Part shown: piece after piece, positions 57,131 to 64,000 of the stretch
Layout: every line of letters begins with the position of its first letter
How positions within the stretch are numbered: position 1 is the stretch's first letter
From: a virus
Lineage: Duplodnaviria > Caudoviricetes
Length of the DNA: 64,000 nucleotides
Virus record (IMG/VR): IMGVR_UViG_2895374923_000001
Span: 27,860 to 91,859 of that record
Direction: 5' to 3' (one strand)
The notes under the pieces: generated by a model
The model's input: the letters and a program-made list of their open reading frames with translations, nothing else
What the model was told of the DNA's origin: nothing
Database searches by the model: none
Translations under genes and position numbers: made by a program

Positions 57131-57462
57131 GCGGCGACGTGCTCGGCGTGCTCGGCACGGTCCTGGCGGCGCTGCTCGGCGGCGGCCTGATCACCGGCCT
57201 GCTGACCTACCTGCGCGACCGGCGCCGCGACAAGGGCGAGCAGTCCATCGGCGTGGTCACCAGCCTGGAGCGGCTCAACGACAGGCTCACGCAGCAGGTG
57301 GCCGACCTGCAGACCGCGCTCGATGAGGAGCGGCGCCTGCGCCGGACCCTGGAAGACAAGATCGACGAGGAGCGGCGGGCGCGGCGCGCGCTGGAGGCAC
57401 GGCTGGAGGACCGCATGGCGCTGCTGGAACGACGCACCGAGGAAGGAGAGGCAGAGTCATGA
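57127..57462 (+). CDS. TM plus coiled-coil lysis-region protein
   Basis: N-terminal TM, heptad C-terminus. Confidence 0.7.
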   Translation: MSGDVLGVLGTVLAALLGGGLITGLLTYLRDRRRDKGEQSIGVVTSLERLNDRLTQQVADLQTALDEERRLRRTLEDKIDEERRARRALEARLEDRMALLERRTEEGEAES

Positions 57463-58208
57463 CCGTAATCACTCGTAGGCAGTGGCGCGCCCGAGCCCCC
57501 AGGAAAGTCTCCAGGATCAGCAAGACGCGCGGGGTGAAGGTCCACTACGTCGGCGGGCGCGTCGACCCTCGCCTCACCGGCGACCATGATCGGTGCCTGG
57601 ACCTCATGCGGCAGATTCAGGGCTGGCACATGGACGGCAACGGCTGGAGCGACTTCGCCTACAGCTACGCGGTCTGCCCGCACGGCGACATCCTCACCGG
57701 CCGGGGCCCCGGCGTGCTGGTGGCCGCCAACGGCCCCGGCAACAATCAGGCGCACTACGCCGTCCTCGGCATGGTCGGCGCCACCGGCCTGGTCGAGCCG
57801 ACCGACGCCATGCTGGTCGGCATCCTCGACGCCATCGAGATCCTTCGAGAGCGCGGCGGCGCTGGCCGCGAGATCAAGGGCCACCGCGACGGATACGCCA
57901 CCGATTGCCCTGGTACCGCGTTGTACGGCTGGGTACGGCGCGGTGCCCCGCGGCCCGGCGGCGCGCCGGCGGACCCCAACGCCTGGCCCGGCCGCCTGCT
58001 GGAGTACCCGCCGATCACGCGCGGAGAGGATGTCCGCCGCTGGCAGGAGGCCGCCGTACGGCTGGGCTACGGCCTGGCGGTGGACGGCGCGTACGGCCCG
58101 GACTCCCGGACGGTCTGCCGCAACATCCAGCGCGCCGCCGGCCTGGAGGATGACGGCATTGTCGGGCAGCTCACCTGGGCCGCCACGGTCAACCCGCCTG
58201 CCAAATGA
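57459..58208 (+). CDS. Endolysin: N-acetylmuramoyl-L-alanine amidase plus PG-binding domain
   Basis: ITRRQW.AR, VHY, HMDGNGWSDFAY, GHRD...TDCPG, VDG.YG...DGIVG..TW. Confidence 0.93.
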   Translation: MTVITRRQWRARAPRKVSRISKTRGVKVHYVGGRVDPRLTGDHDRCLDLMRQIQGWHMDGNGWSDFAYSYAVCPHGDILTGRGPGVLVAANGPGNNQAHYAVLGMVGATGLVEPTDAMLVGILDAIEILRERGGAGREIKGHRDGYATDCPGTALYGWVRRGAPRPGGAPADPNAWPGRLLEYPPITRGEDVRRWQEAAVRLGYGLAVDGAYGPDSRTVCRNIQRAAGLEDDGIVGQLTWAATVNPPAK

Positions 58209-58328
58209 TCAAGCCCTTATAGTTTTCCGCCCCGACGTCAGGGGCACCCCCAGCCCCTCTATGCCCCTCGACCTGGGCTCCTACGTGGCTGGTTCCACTT
58301 TCCCCACCCCGACTGAGGGGAGATCATC

Positions 58329-58580
58329 ATGTCTCAGCGACGACTTTTGACCGGCACCTACTGGCTCGACACCGGCGAACGCATGCTCCGCGCGGCGACC
58401 GCGGCCGCGCTCGGCTTGATCGGCACCGGGACGGTGGGCATCGTGGACATCGCCTGGCCGGCGGTCGGCAGCATCGCTGCGGGCGCCGCCGTGGTGTCCC
58501 TGCTGATGTCCATCGTGGCGGGCGCCGGGGGCGACCCGGCAACCGCGGGGTTCACCACCCGGACTGGGCCACGCATGTAG
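58329..58580 (+). CDS. Holin (r1t-like)
   Basis: YW.DT.ER...VDIAW...VSLLMSI. Confidence 0.85.
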   Translation: MSQRRLLTGTYWLDTGERMLRAATAAALGLIGTGTVGIVDIAWPAVGSIAAGAAVVSLLMSIVAGAGGDPATAGFTTRTGPRM

Positions 58581-58624
58581 GCGGATCACGCCATACTGGC
58601 TGTGGGCGGATTCCGGTCGGTCAC

Positions 58625-58662
58625 ACGAAGCCCGCCCCCGGGTCTCCGGGGGCGGGCTTCGT
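58625..58662. terminator. Bidirectional terminator ending the late operon
   Basis: ACGAAGCCCGCCCCCGG-gtct-CCGGGGGCGGGCTTCGT between convergent genes. Confidence 0.85.
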
Positions 58663-58684
58663 CGCGTTCTCAGCTATCTGGCCT

Positions 58685-59128
58685 TCACATGGCCATCTGA
58701 AGGTTCTTCAGCGGTAGGACGGTCTGCGGGCCGCTCTCGACCTTGGTCACGACTGCGTGCATCACGCCGACGTACAGGTCGCGGGTCAGGTCCTTGCGGG
58801 GCACGATGACGGTCATCTCCAGCCGGTCGCCGACGGCGAGGGCGGCTGTGATGTCGCAGCGGGTCAGTGCGTGGTCGAGGGCCTTGCGGAAGTCGGCGCC
58901 CTCGGCCTCGGCCAGTCGCTCGACTAGTTCGTCGTCGACGGGGGCGTAGATCCAGATGTTGACGTCCCAGGCGTGCCCTTCGAGGCAGTCGAAGACGTAT
59001 GCCTGGTCGTGCTGGCGGAGTAGGCCGGTGATGGGCCGGTCGTGGCGGTCGTAGACCTCGATCAGTTCTGCGTTGTCGGCCGGCTCCCAGGGAAGAGCGC
59101 CGAAGCGGAGGTCTATCTGTTTAGACAC
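58685..59128 (-). CDS. Hypothetical protein; candidate immunity/antitoxin
   Basis: GTG 59128 with GGAGG RBS, overlapping the upstream stop; acidic. Confidence 0.6.
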   Translation of the reverse strand: MSKQIDLRFGALPWEPADNAELIEVYDRHDRPITGLLRQHDQAYVFDCLEGHAWDVNIWIYAPVDDELVERLAEAEGADFRKALDHALTRCDITAALAVGDRLEMTVIVPRKDLTRDLYVGVMHAVVTKVESGPQTVLPLKNLQMAM

Positions 59129-59534
59129 GGTCGGCCTCCATCCAAATAGGCGAGCTAAAGCATTCATCGAACTGGGCACTTTCATACTCGGTCCATTCTG
59201 TGCCTGCGTCCAGGCTGACCGATACGTGGCGGGGGTTACTTTTACCGCCGTCGTGGGTGACGGTGAATCCGGCTTGCCGTAGTTGACCTGCGGTTGTGTG
59301 TCGTACGCCGTCGCCGATGGCGGGGCTGCGGCGCCTGACGATGAGGTCGATCATCTGCTTGACGTCCAGATGTCCGAGTGTCAGGGACATGGCGGCTTCG
59401 TTGGGGCGCAGGTGGTTGCGGAAGGGCACGATGCAGATGCCGGGCGCCAGTTTGCTGCCGAGCTGGGTGAGCACGGCGTCGTCGGGAAGGGGTGGCCGCG
59501 GCGGCCGGTTCGCCTTCGGTGAGGGATGCGGCAT
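59121..59534 (-). CDS. Candidate Tse2/ART-like toxin-domain protein
   Basis: LPDDAV...TTAGQLRQAGFTV...NPRHVSV resembles polymorphic-toxin tips. Confidence 0.5.
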   Translation of the reverse strand: MPHPSPKANRPPRPPLPDDAVLTQLGSKLAPGICIVPFRNHLRPNEAAMSLTLGHLDVKQMIDLIVRRRSPAIGDGVRHTTAGQLRQAGFTVTHDGGKSNPRHVSVSLDAGTEWTEYESAQFDECFSSPIWMEADRV

Positions 59535-59865
59535 AGGCGGTCATCTTCGCTGGCACGCATGATCGCTCGCAGCGGAATGAAAGGCTCTCACGTTCTGATG
59601 CGCACCTGGCGAGCTGCAGGCGGTGTCTTTGCCGATACGATCAGCTCGATTCGCTGCGCTGGGGGCGCACGATGGCGGGGCCCGGCGGCTGCGGGCCGGG
59701 CATGCGCAAGGCCCGTCCACCACAGTGGGCGGGCCTTCGTCGCGTTGTGGGCTCTCCCGCGGTGTGGTCTGCGGGAGAGCCCCTGGAGGAGAGGCTGCCG
59801 CACAGCCTCTGTGTCTGGTGAGACGCCGCGGGCGTCCCGGTTGTTCGCGGCGTACCATCGGCGGT

Positions 59866-60144
59866 GTGGATGAGCAGGTGTGGACCGTGGCCTGGTGGGG
59901 CTCCGGCTGGGGGGTGTGGCGCGGCGAGGAGCCCGACCTCACCGCCCCTCCCGTGTACGCCACCGGCAACCTCACCCACGCAGCTCCGGAAGCCGCCTCA
60001 AGTTGGGCGCTTGGTGTGGTGCCGAGTCATCCCAGGCTGAGTGTTCAATGCCGGTTCCGCGGCGATCCGGATGGCGAGGCCAAGTTCATCGCTCGTATGC
60101 GGGAGCGGCAGTCGCGCCCCTGGTGGCGGCGATTGTTCGCCTAG
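59866..60144 (+). CDS. Trp-rich hypothetical protein (leaderless)
   Basis: TACCAT -10 at 59853, GTG 7 nt later. Confidence 0.5.
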   Translation: MDEQVWTVAWWGSGWGVWRGEEPDLTAPPVYATGNLTHAAPEAASSWALGVVPSHPRLSVQCRFRGDPDGEAKFIARMRERQSRPWWRRLFA

Positions 60145-60623
60145 TTGCTGAGGTCGCGGGCGTTCTCGCAGTCCACGCTCGCCTCCTGGGTGTCGCTGGC
60201 GCGGAACTCCTTGCCGGTGTCGAAGGTGCCCGCCTGCGAGACGTGCGCCTTGTAGCGGCCCGACCAGCAGGGCGAGTGCGCGTAGGAGTAGGCGTGGTCA
60301 CGGCCGGGTAGCTCGGCGAACTCCCGGCTGCCGACGTCGAGCCACGTTCCCCCGAAACGGCTCTCCTTGTAGGACAGGGCGATCCGGGTGATTTGGGTGG
60401 CGACGACGGTGGGGCTGTTGCACTGCTGGTGCACCTGGACGCGTACGCGCGGGGCCTCGCCGGCGAACCTGACGGCCTCGATGTGCACGGCCTGGAAGCA
60501 GCCGACGCCCGGCGCCCCTGCGGGCGGGGGCGGGGCGTCGGTGGTGCCGCTGCAACTGGTCGGTGCTGCGGTCAGGGTGAGGGTTGTGCCGATCGCTGAG
60601 ACGACTCTGATGAGCGGTGTCAT
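60141..60623 (-). CDS. Secreted protein or lipoprotein
   Basis: Signal-like N-terminus ending TSC, Pro linker, Cys-containing beta domain. Confidence 0.65.
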   Translation of the reverse strand: MTPLIRVVSAIGTTLTLTAAPTSCSGTTDAPPPPAGAPGVGCFQAVHIEAVRFAGEAPRVRVQVHQQCNSPTVVATQITRIALSYKESRFGGTWLDVGSREFAELPGRDHAYSYAHSPCWSGRYKAHVSQAGTFDTGKEFRASDTQEASVDCENARDLSN

Positions 60624-60731
60624 GGCTTGTCCTGTCTGGCTGACAGATGAGATAGCGAGCGGGTGGTGGACGGGTCCACCTGTGTGACGCTGGGGGCGGC
60701 CCGGCGGGTTCGCGCGGGCCGCCCTGGGCCG

Positions 60732-60782
60732 CTACCCGGTGGTGGAGCCTGCTCCACCCCAGTTGCTGTCGTGGTCGCGCAT
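60732..60782 (-). CDS. 16-aa peptide MRDHDSNWGGAGSTTG
   Basis: Near-perfect SD GGAGGAGGTGAT, upstream TAGAGT -10, downstream hairpin 60694-60724. Confidence 0.5.
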   Translation of the reverse strand: MRDHDSNWGGAGSTTG

Positions 60783-60835
60783 GTGATCACCTCCTCCCGC
60801 CCCGGGGGATCTTGTGTCCCGGGGAGACTCTAGGG

Positions 60836-61075
60836 TCAGGCGGCCAGGCCGACCTTGAGGCGGCGGCGCTGTGGTGGGCTGAGCCCGGCCCGGATGCCGT
60901 ACGGCTCGTCTCGCTCGAGCGCGTCTTGCAGACACGGCTCGCGCACGGGGCAGCTCTGGCAGATCTGCCGGGCGGCGATGGCGTGCTCGCCCGCCTCCGG
61001 GAACCACGCTTCTGGGTCCGCTTGGGCGCATAGGGCGGAGTCCTGCCAGGAGCCTGTGGCGTCGGTGTCAGACAT
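60836..61075 (-). CDS. WhiB-family transcription factor
   Basis: W...ALCAQADPEAWFPE...ICQSCPVREPCL...YGIRAGLSPPQRR. Confidence 0.92.
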   Translation of the reverse strand: MSDTDATGSWQDSALCAQADPEAWFPEAGEHAIAARQICQSCPVREPCLQDALERDEPYGIRAGLSPPQRRRLKVGLAA

Positions 61076-61102
61076 GATCACTCCTCGATGGGGGTCCGGG
61101 GT

Positions 61103-61266
61103 TGTGGCGGTGGCCCCTGCCACGGGGTGCCACGCCGGGGTGCCACGGGCCTGCCACGGGCCTGCCACGGCGGGTGCCACAGGGGGTGCCACAGGGGGTG
61201 CCACGAGGCCGTGGCACCTCCCCTGACCTGTAGGCCCCCGCGTCCGGCCCGTTACGGGTGCCACGC
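61103..61266. repeat. clt-like locus (TraB recognition repeats)
   Basis: Nine direct TGCCAC copies (61118, 61128, 61141, 61152, 61163, 61175, 61187, 61199, 61259) plus one inverted (61211), immediately 3' of traB. Confidence 0.85.
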
Positions 61267-61279
61267 GCCCGCCGGCGTG

Positions 61280-63334
61280 TCACGCGTCCACCAGCCCGCG
61301 GTCGCGCTCGCTCACGAGCCGGTCGGGGAGCAGGATCCAGACGCCGCCCTCGCGGCGCAGGAGTCCGTCCTCGTAGAGCCTGCCGGCCACCTTCTGCGCC
61401 CAGGGCCGGGAGTAGCCGAGGGCTTCCCAGATGGGGCGCATGTCGGCGGTGGCGATCTCGGTGCGGCCTTCCTCGGCCCACTCGCACAGCGTCTCCAGCA
61501 TTCGGCGGCGTGCCTGCTCGGGGGACGCCTTCGGCTTGGCCGGGGGCGGGGCGGGGAAGGTGATGCTGGGGTCGGCGCTCGAGACGATCGGCTGGCGGGG
61601 GTCGATGTCGTCGTCGCCTGGCTCGGGGTGGATGCCGGCCTCGCGCAGCGCCTTGTCGGCCTGGCTGTTGTCGGCCGCGGTGCCCTTGTCGCGCTCGTCT
61701 CGGGGGTCGTCGTGGCTGTGGCCGTTGCTATCGCTCGCGGGTGCGGCGGCGCGGGCTCGTGCGGCGGCGACGATGCGGGCGGTGAACTCGTCGTCCGGTG
61801 TGGTCTTGGTGTGGGTGTGCTCGGCGACGTGGGCCCGCATGGTGGCGTAGCGCTCGGCGTCGGTCTCGCCCCAGTTCCAGGTGTGCAACGGTACGGTGGC
61901 GAGCTCGGCCGCCAGGCCGTTGACGTCGATCAGCGCACGGCCGGGGAAGTCCGCCTTCCAGTCTTCCGGGGAGCTGCCCGGTGCCAGCTCGGCGCTATTC
62001 TGCCGGTCGGTCAGGGACCGGCCTGCCGCCGCGGCGGTCATCATCCCGAACGTCATCCGGCCGAACTGCCCCTTCACCACGCCGATGTCGTCGACTTCGC
62101 TGTGGTGCAGGTCCTGCAGGGATACGAACACCCGGCCGCCGGCGGACCGGATCTCCTTCAGTGTGGACTTGAACGCATCCCAGTCCTCATCGCTCATCTC
62201 GAGGACGAGCTTGGGGAACTCCTCCAGCCAGACGATCCAGTACTTCAGGCCGCAGCCTTGGCGCCAGGAGGCGTAGCCGCGCTCGGCCAGCCACTTCGTG
62301 CGCCGGGGGATTTCGGCGTTGATGCCGTTCAGCAGGGCGATTCCGCCCTGGGCGGTGTATTCGACGACGTGCAGGGCCGGGGCCAGGACGCCGAGCGTCT
62401 GGGAGTCCTTGGCCGGGTCGCTGGCGAACACGGCTGCGTCGGTGCGGGTGATGGCCTCGCCGAGCCAGCCCCAGGCGCCGCCGAACCCTTTGCCGGCGCC
62501 GGTGGTGCCGGTGAGGGCGACGTTGCCGTCGATGATGACGACCTCGCACACGTCCAGGGTCTGGAATAGGCCGAGATGGGCCGGGTCGGCGATGCTTGCG
62601 CCCGGGCGGGAGGGGCCGGGCCAGCGCGGCGGGGTGTCCAGCGCGGTCGGGTCGGACAGGTCGATGTGGAGCTCGCGGCGGGAGGTGCGCGAGGGTGCGC
62701 CGTTGAGGGCGCCCGGGGGGAGGTTCGCCCCGGACTCGACCGTGGCCAGGCCGCCGTTCTGGAGGAACTGTTCGGCGTCTTCGCCGGGGTCGAGCCGGAG
62801 CACTCCGGAGATCTTGTGCAGGCCCGCCTTGGTGGTGCGGACCGTCATCGGATCGGCTTGGGTCTCGCGGGCAGCGAGCGCGAACACCGCCTGCAGCGGG
62901 TCGTCGGCGGCCGCGATGGCCTTGGGCCCGCCCGCCTGGGGGTCGCGCGCGGACTCCTCGACCAGGATGCGCAGCACCCAGGAGATGGCCAGCGTCAGCC
63001 ACAGCAGGGCGCTCCACTGCCAGATCGCGGCGAACGGCAGCAGTTCGTGCGCGAGGCAGGCCCCGGACACGGCGGCGGCGGTGCCGGCGAGATGCAGGCG
63101 GATCTTGCGCGGGCGTGTCCGGGCGTGGACCCATAGCCACGCGGTCAGCAGCGTGCCCAGGACGACGAGTACGACCCGACCGGCGGGGGTGTCGGGGGTG
63201 AAGGCCGTGGTGATGCCGATCAGCCCGGCATAGCCGATGAAGGAGACGAGCCCCACCATGATCGGTAGCGTGCGGGAGACGTAGCGGTGGGTGACCTGGG
63301 CCCGCACGGACTCCGCCGGCTGTTCCTTGCTCAT
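61280..63334 (-). CDS. traB: TraB conjugative FtsK/SpoIIIE-like dsDNA translocase
   Basis: N-terminal TMs, GTTGAGKG Walker A, IVWLEE Walker B, RSAG...SLQ, C-terminal wHTH (SRPWAQK...GLL). Confidence 0.9.
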   Translation of the reverse strand: MSKEQPAESVRAQVTHRYVSRTLPIMVGLVSFIGYAGLIGITTAFTPDTPAGRVVLVVLGTLLTAWLWVHARTRPRKIRLHLAGTAAAVSGACLAHELLPFAAIWQWSALLWLTLAISWVLRILVEESARDPQAGGPKAIAAADDPLQAVFALAARETQADPMTVRTTKAGLHKISGVLRLDPGEDAEQFLQNGGLATVESGANLPPGALNGAPSRTSRRELHIDLSDPTALDTPPRWPGPSRPGASIADPAHLGLFQTLDVCEVVIIDGNVALTGTTGAGKGFGGAWGWLGEAITRTDAAVFASDPAKDSQTLGVLAPALHVVEYTAQGGIALLNGINAEIPRRTKWLAERGYASWRQGCGLKYWIVWLEEFPKLVLEMSDEDWDAFKSTLKEIRSAGGRVFVSLQDLHHSEVDDIGVVKGQFGRMTFGMMTAAAAGRSLTDRQNSAELAPGSSPEDWKADFPGRALIDVNGLAAELATVPLHTWNWGETDAERYATMRAHVAEHTHTKTTPDDEFTARIVAAARARAAAPASDSNGHSHDDPRDERDKGTAADNSQADKALREAGIHPEPGDDDIDPRQPIVSSADPSITFPAPPPAKPKASPEQARRRMLETLCEWAEEGRTEIATADMRPIWEALGYSRPWAQKVAGRLYEDGLLRREGGVWILLPDRLVSERDRGLVDA

Positions 63335-63341
63335 TTTCGTC

Positions 63342-63785
63342 CTAGTCGTCGAGGGTGAACGCCGGGCGCCGTACGGTGCGCTTGGTCTTCTTGCCCTGCT
63401 TGGCGGCCTGGCGCTCCTCGTCGTCCTCCAGCGCGGCCAGCACCTGCTCGAAGTCGCGGTTGAGCTTGACGGCGTTCTTGGCGAACGCCTCGGCCAGCCG
63501 CTGCAGCGTCTCGCCTCGCTGTCGGAGCCTGCGCGTGCGGTAGCGGGCGGCCATCCGGCCCATCTTGTAGGTGTCGCGGATCATCGCGACGAGGTTGTCG
63601 TCGAGGTCTTCGACCGATCCTTCGACTCCCACTTCCAGCCGCATTCCGACGGCGCGCAGCTGGTCGGCGAAGTCGGCGACCGCGCTGGGTGAGGTCATCG
63701 GGATGGCGAACAGGGTCCGCAGGTCGGCCTTGGATTTGCCGGTTTGGGCGCGGCCCTTCCACACCATGCGCTTGCGAAGGGTCAT
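63342..63785 (-). CDS. TraA-like plasmid transfer protein
   Basis: Helical ~150-aa protein directly upstream of traB. Confidence 0.6.
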   Translation of the reverse strand: MTLRKRMVWKGRAQTGKSKADLRTLFAIPMTSPSAVADFADQLRAVGMRLEVGVEGSVEDLDDNLVAMIRDTYKMGRMAARYRTRRLRQRGETLQRLAEAFAKNAVKLNRDFEQVLAALEDDEERQAAKQGKKTKRTVRRPAFTLDD

Positions 63786-64000
63786 GCCGTACTCCAGGAC
63801 GAGGGATGAAGCTGCCGGGCCAGCCGGCGGAGCAGAACACGGGCGGGCGGCCCGCCGGCCAGCGCGGCGGCCAGGTCAACGCTCCAGACGATCGCGCCCG
63901 CGATGAGCGCGCCCAGGGCTTGGAGGGCGATGATCCATAGGTGGACGGGCGCGCCCAGGGCGAGGCGCAGGAGGTAGAGCGCCCACCAGACGGCGATCAC
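63782..64000 (-). CDS. Membrane protein (partial), possibly Spd-like
   Basis: Hydrophobic C-terminus coupled to the traA-like gene. Confidence 0.45.
   Translation of the reverse strand: MIAVWWALYLLRLALGAPVHLWIIALQALGALIAGAIVWSVDLAAALAGGPPARVLLRRLARQLHPSSWSTA

Larger units (their letters stand above)
12024..64000. mobile_element. Temperate siphovirus prophage (HK97-type head); right boundary not seen
   Basis: int, cI/cro, early, replication, packaging, head, tail and lysis modules in canonical order; extent beyond 58.6 kb is inferred. Confidence 0.85.

Noticed and set aside
61103-61266. CRISPR or coding repeat (ORF 60836..61264 extension)
   Set aside because: A 6-8-bp core with tiny spacers fits a clt; WhiB starts at 61075 with its own RBS.
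58581-61279. Right attachment site of the prophage
   Set aside because: No tRNA fragment or repeat of 11950-12140 was found by eye; a very short core cannot be excluded.

Overview
High-GC actinobacterial DNA, probably from a filamentous actinomycete (it carries TraB and WhiB), and made almost entirely of mobile DNA. A tRNA-Arg(TCT) gene (11950-12023, - strand) sits between two integrated elements. Left (1-11949, continues past the window): a compact satellite-like element with tyrosine integrase, XRE regulator, excisionase, bifunctional primase-polymerase, D5/P4-type helicase, late regulator, HNH, terS and terL. This is the layout of a capsid-forming PICI-like satellite, although its capsid genes are not visible here. 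Right (~12024-64000, no right att seen): a near-complete temperate siphovirus with integrase, cI/cro switch, early genes, DNA methyltransferase, replication initiator, HK97-type head, glycosyltransferase, fibre and tail genes and a lysis cassette. It is followed on the opposite strand by a toxin/immunity-like pair, WhiB and a Streptomyces-type conjugation module (clt repeats, traB, traA). Three signals stand out. (1) The satellite's control region holds an 18/19-bp copy of the operator-like repeat in the neighbouring prophage's cI/cro switch. (2) That copy is one of about seven different 10-bp-phased repeat clusters, possibly a library of helper-phage operators. (3) The TraB/clt module has no rep-xis-int of its own downstream and appears to be prophage cargo, which would make this a candidate conjugative prophage. 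All product calls come from motif recognition by eye, not database searches.
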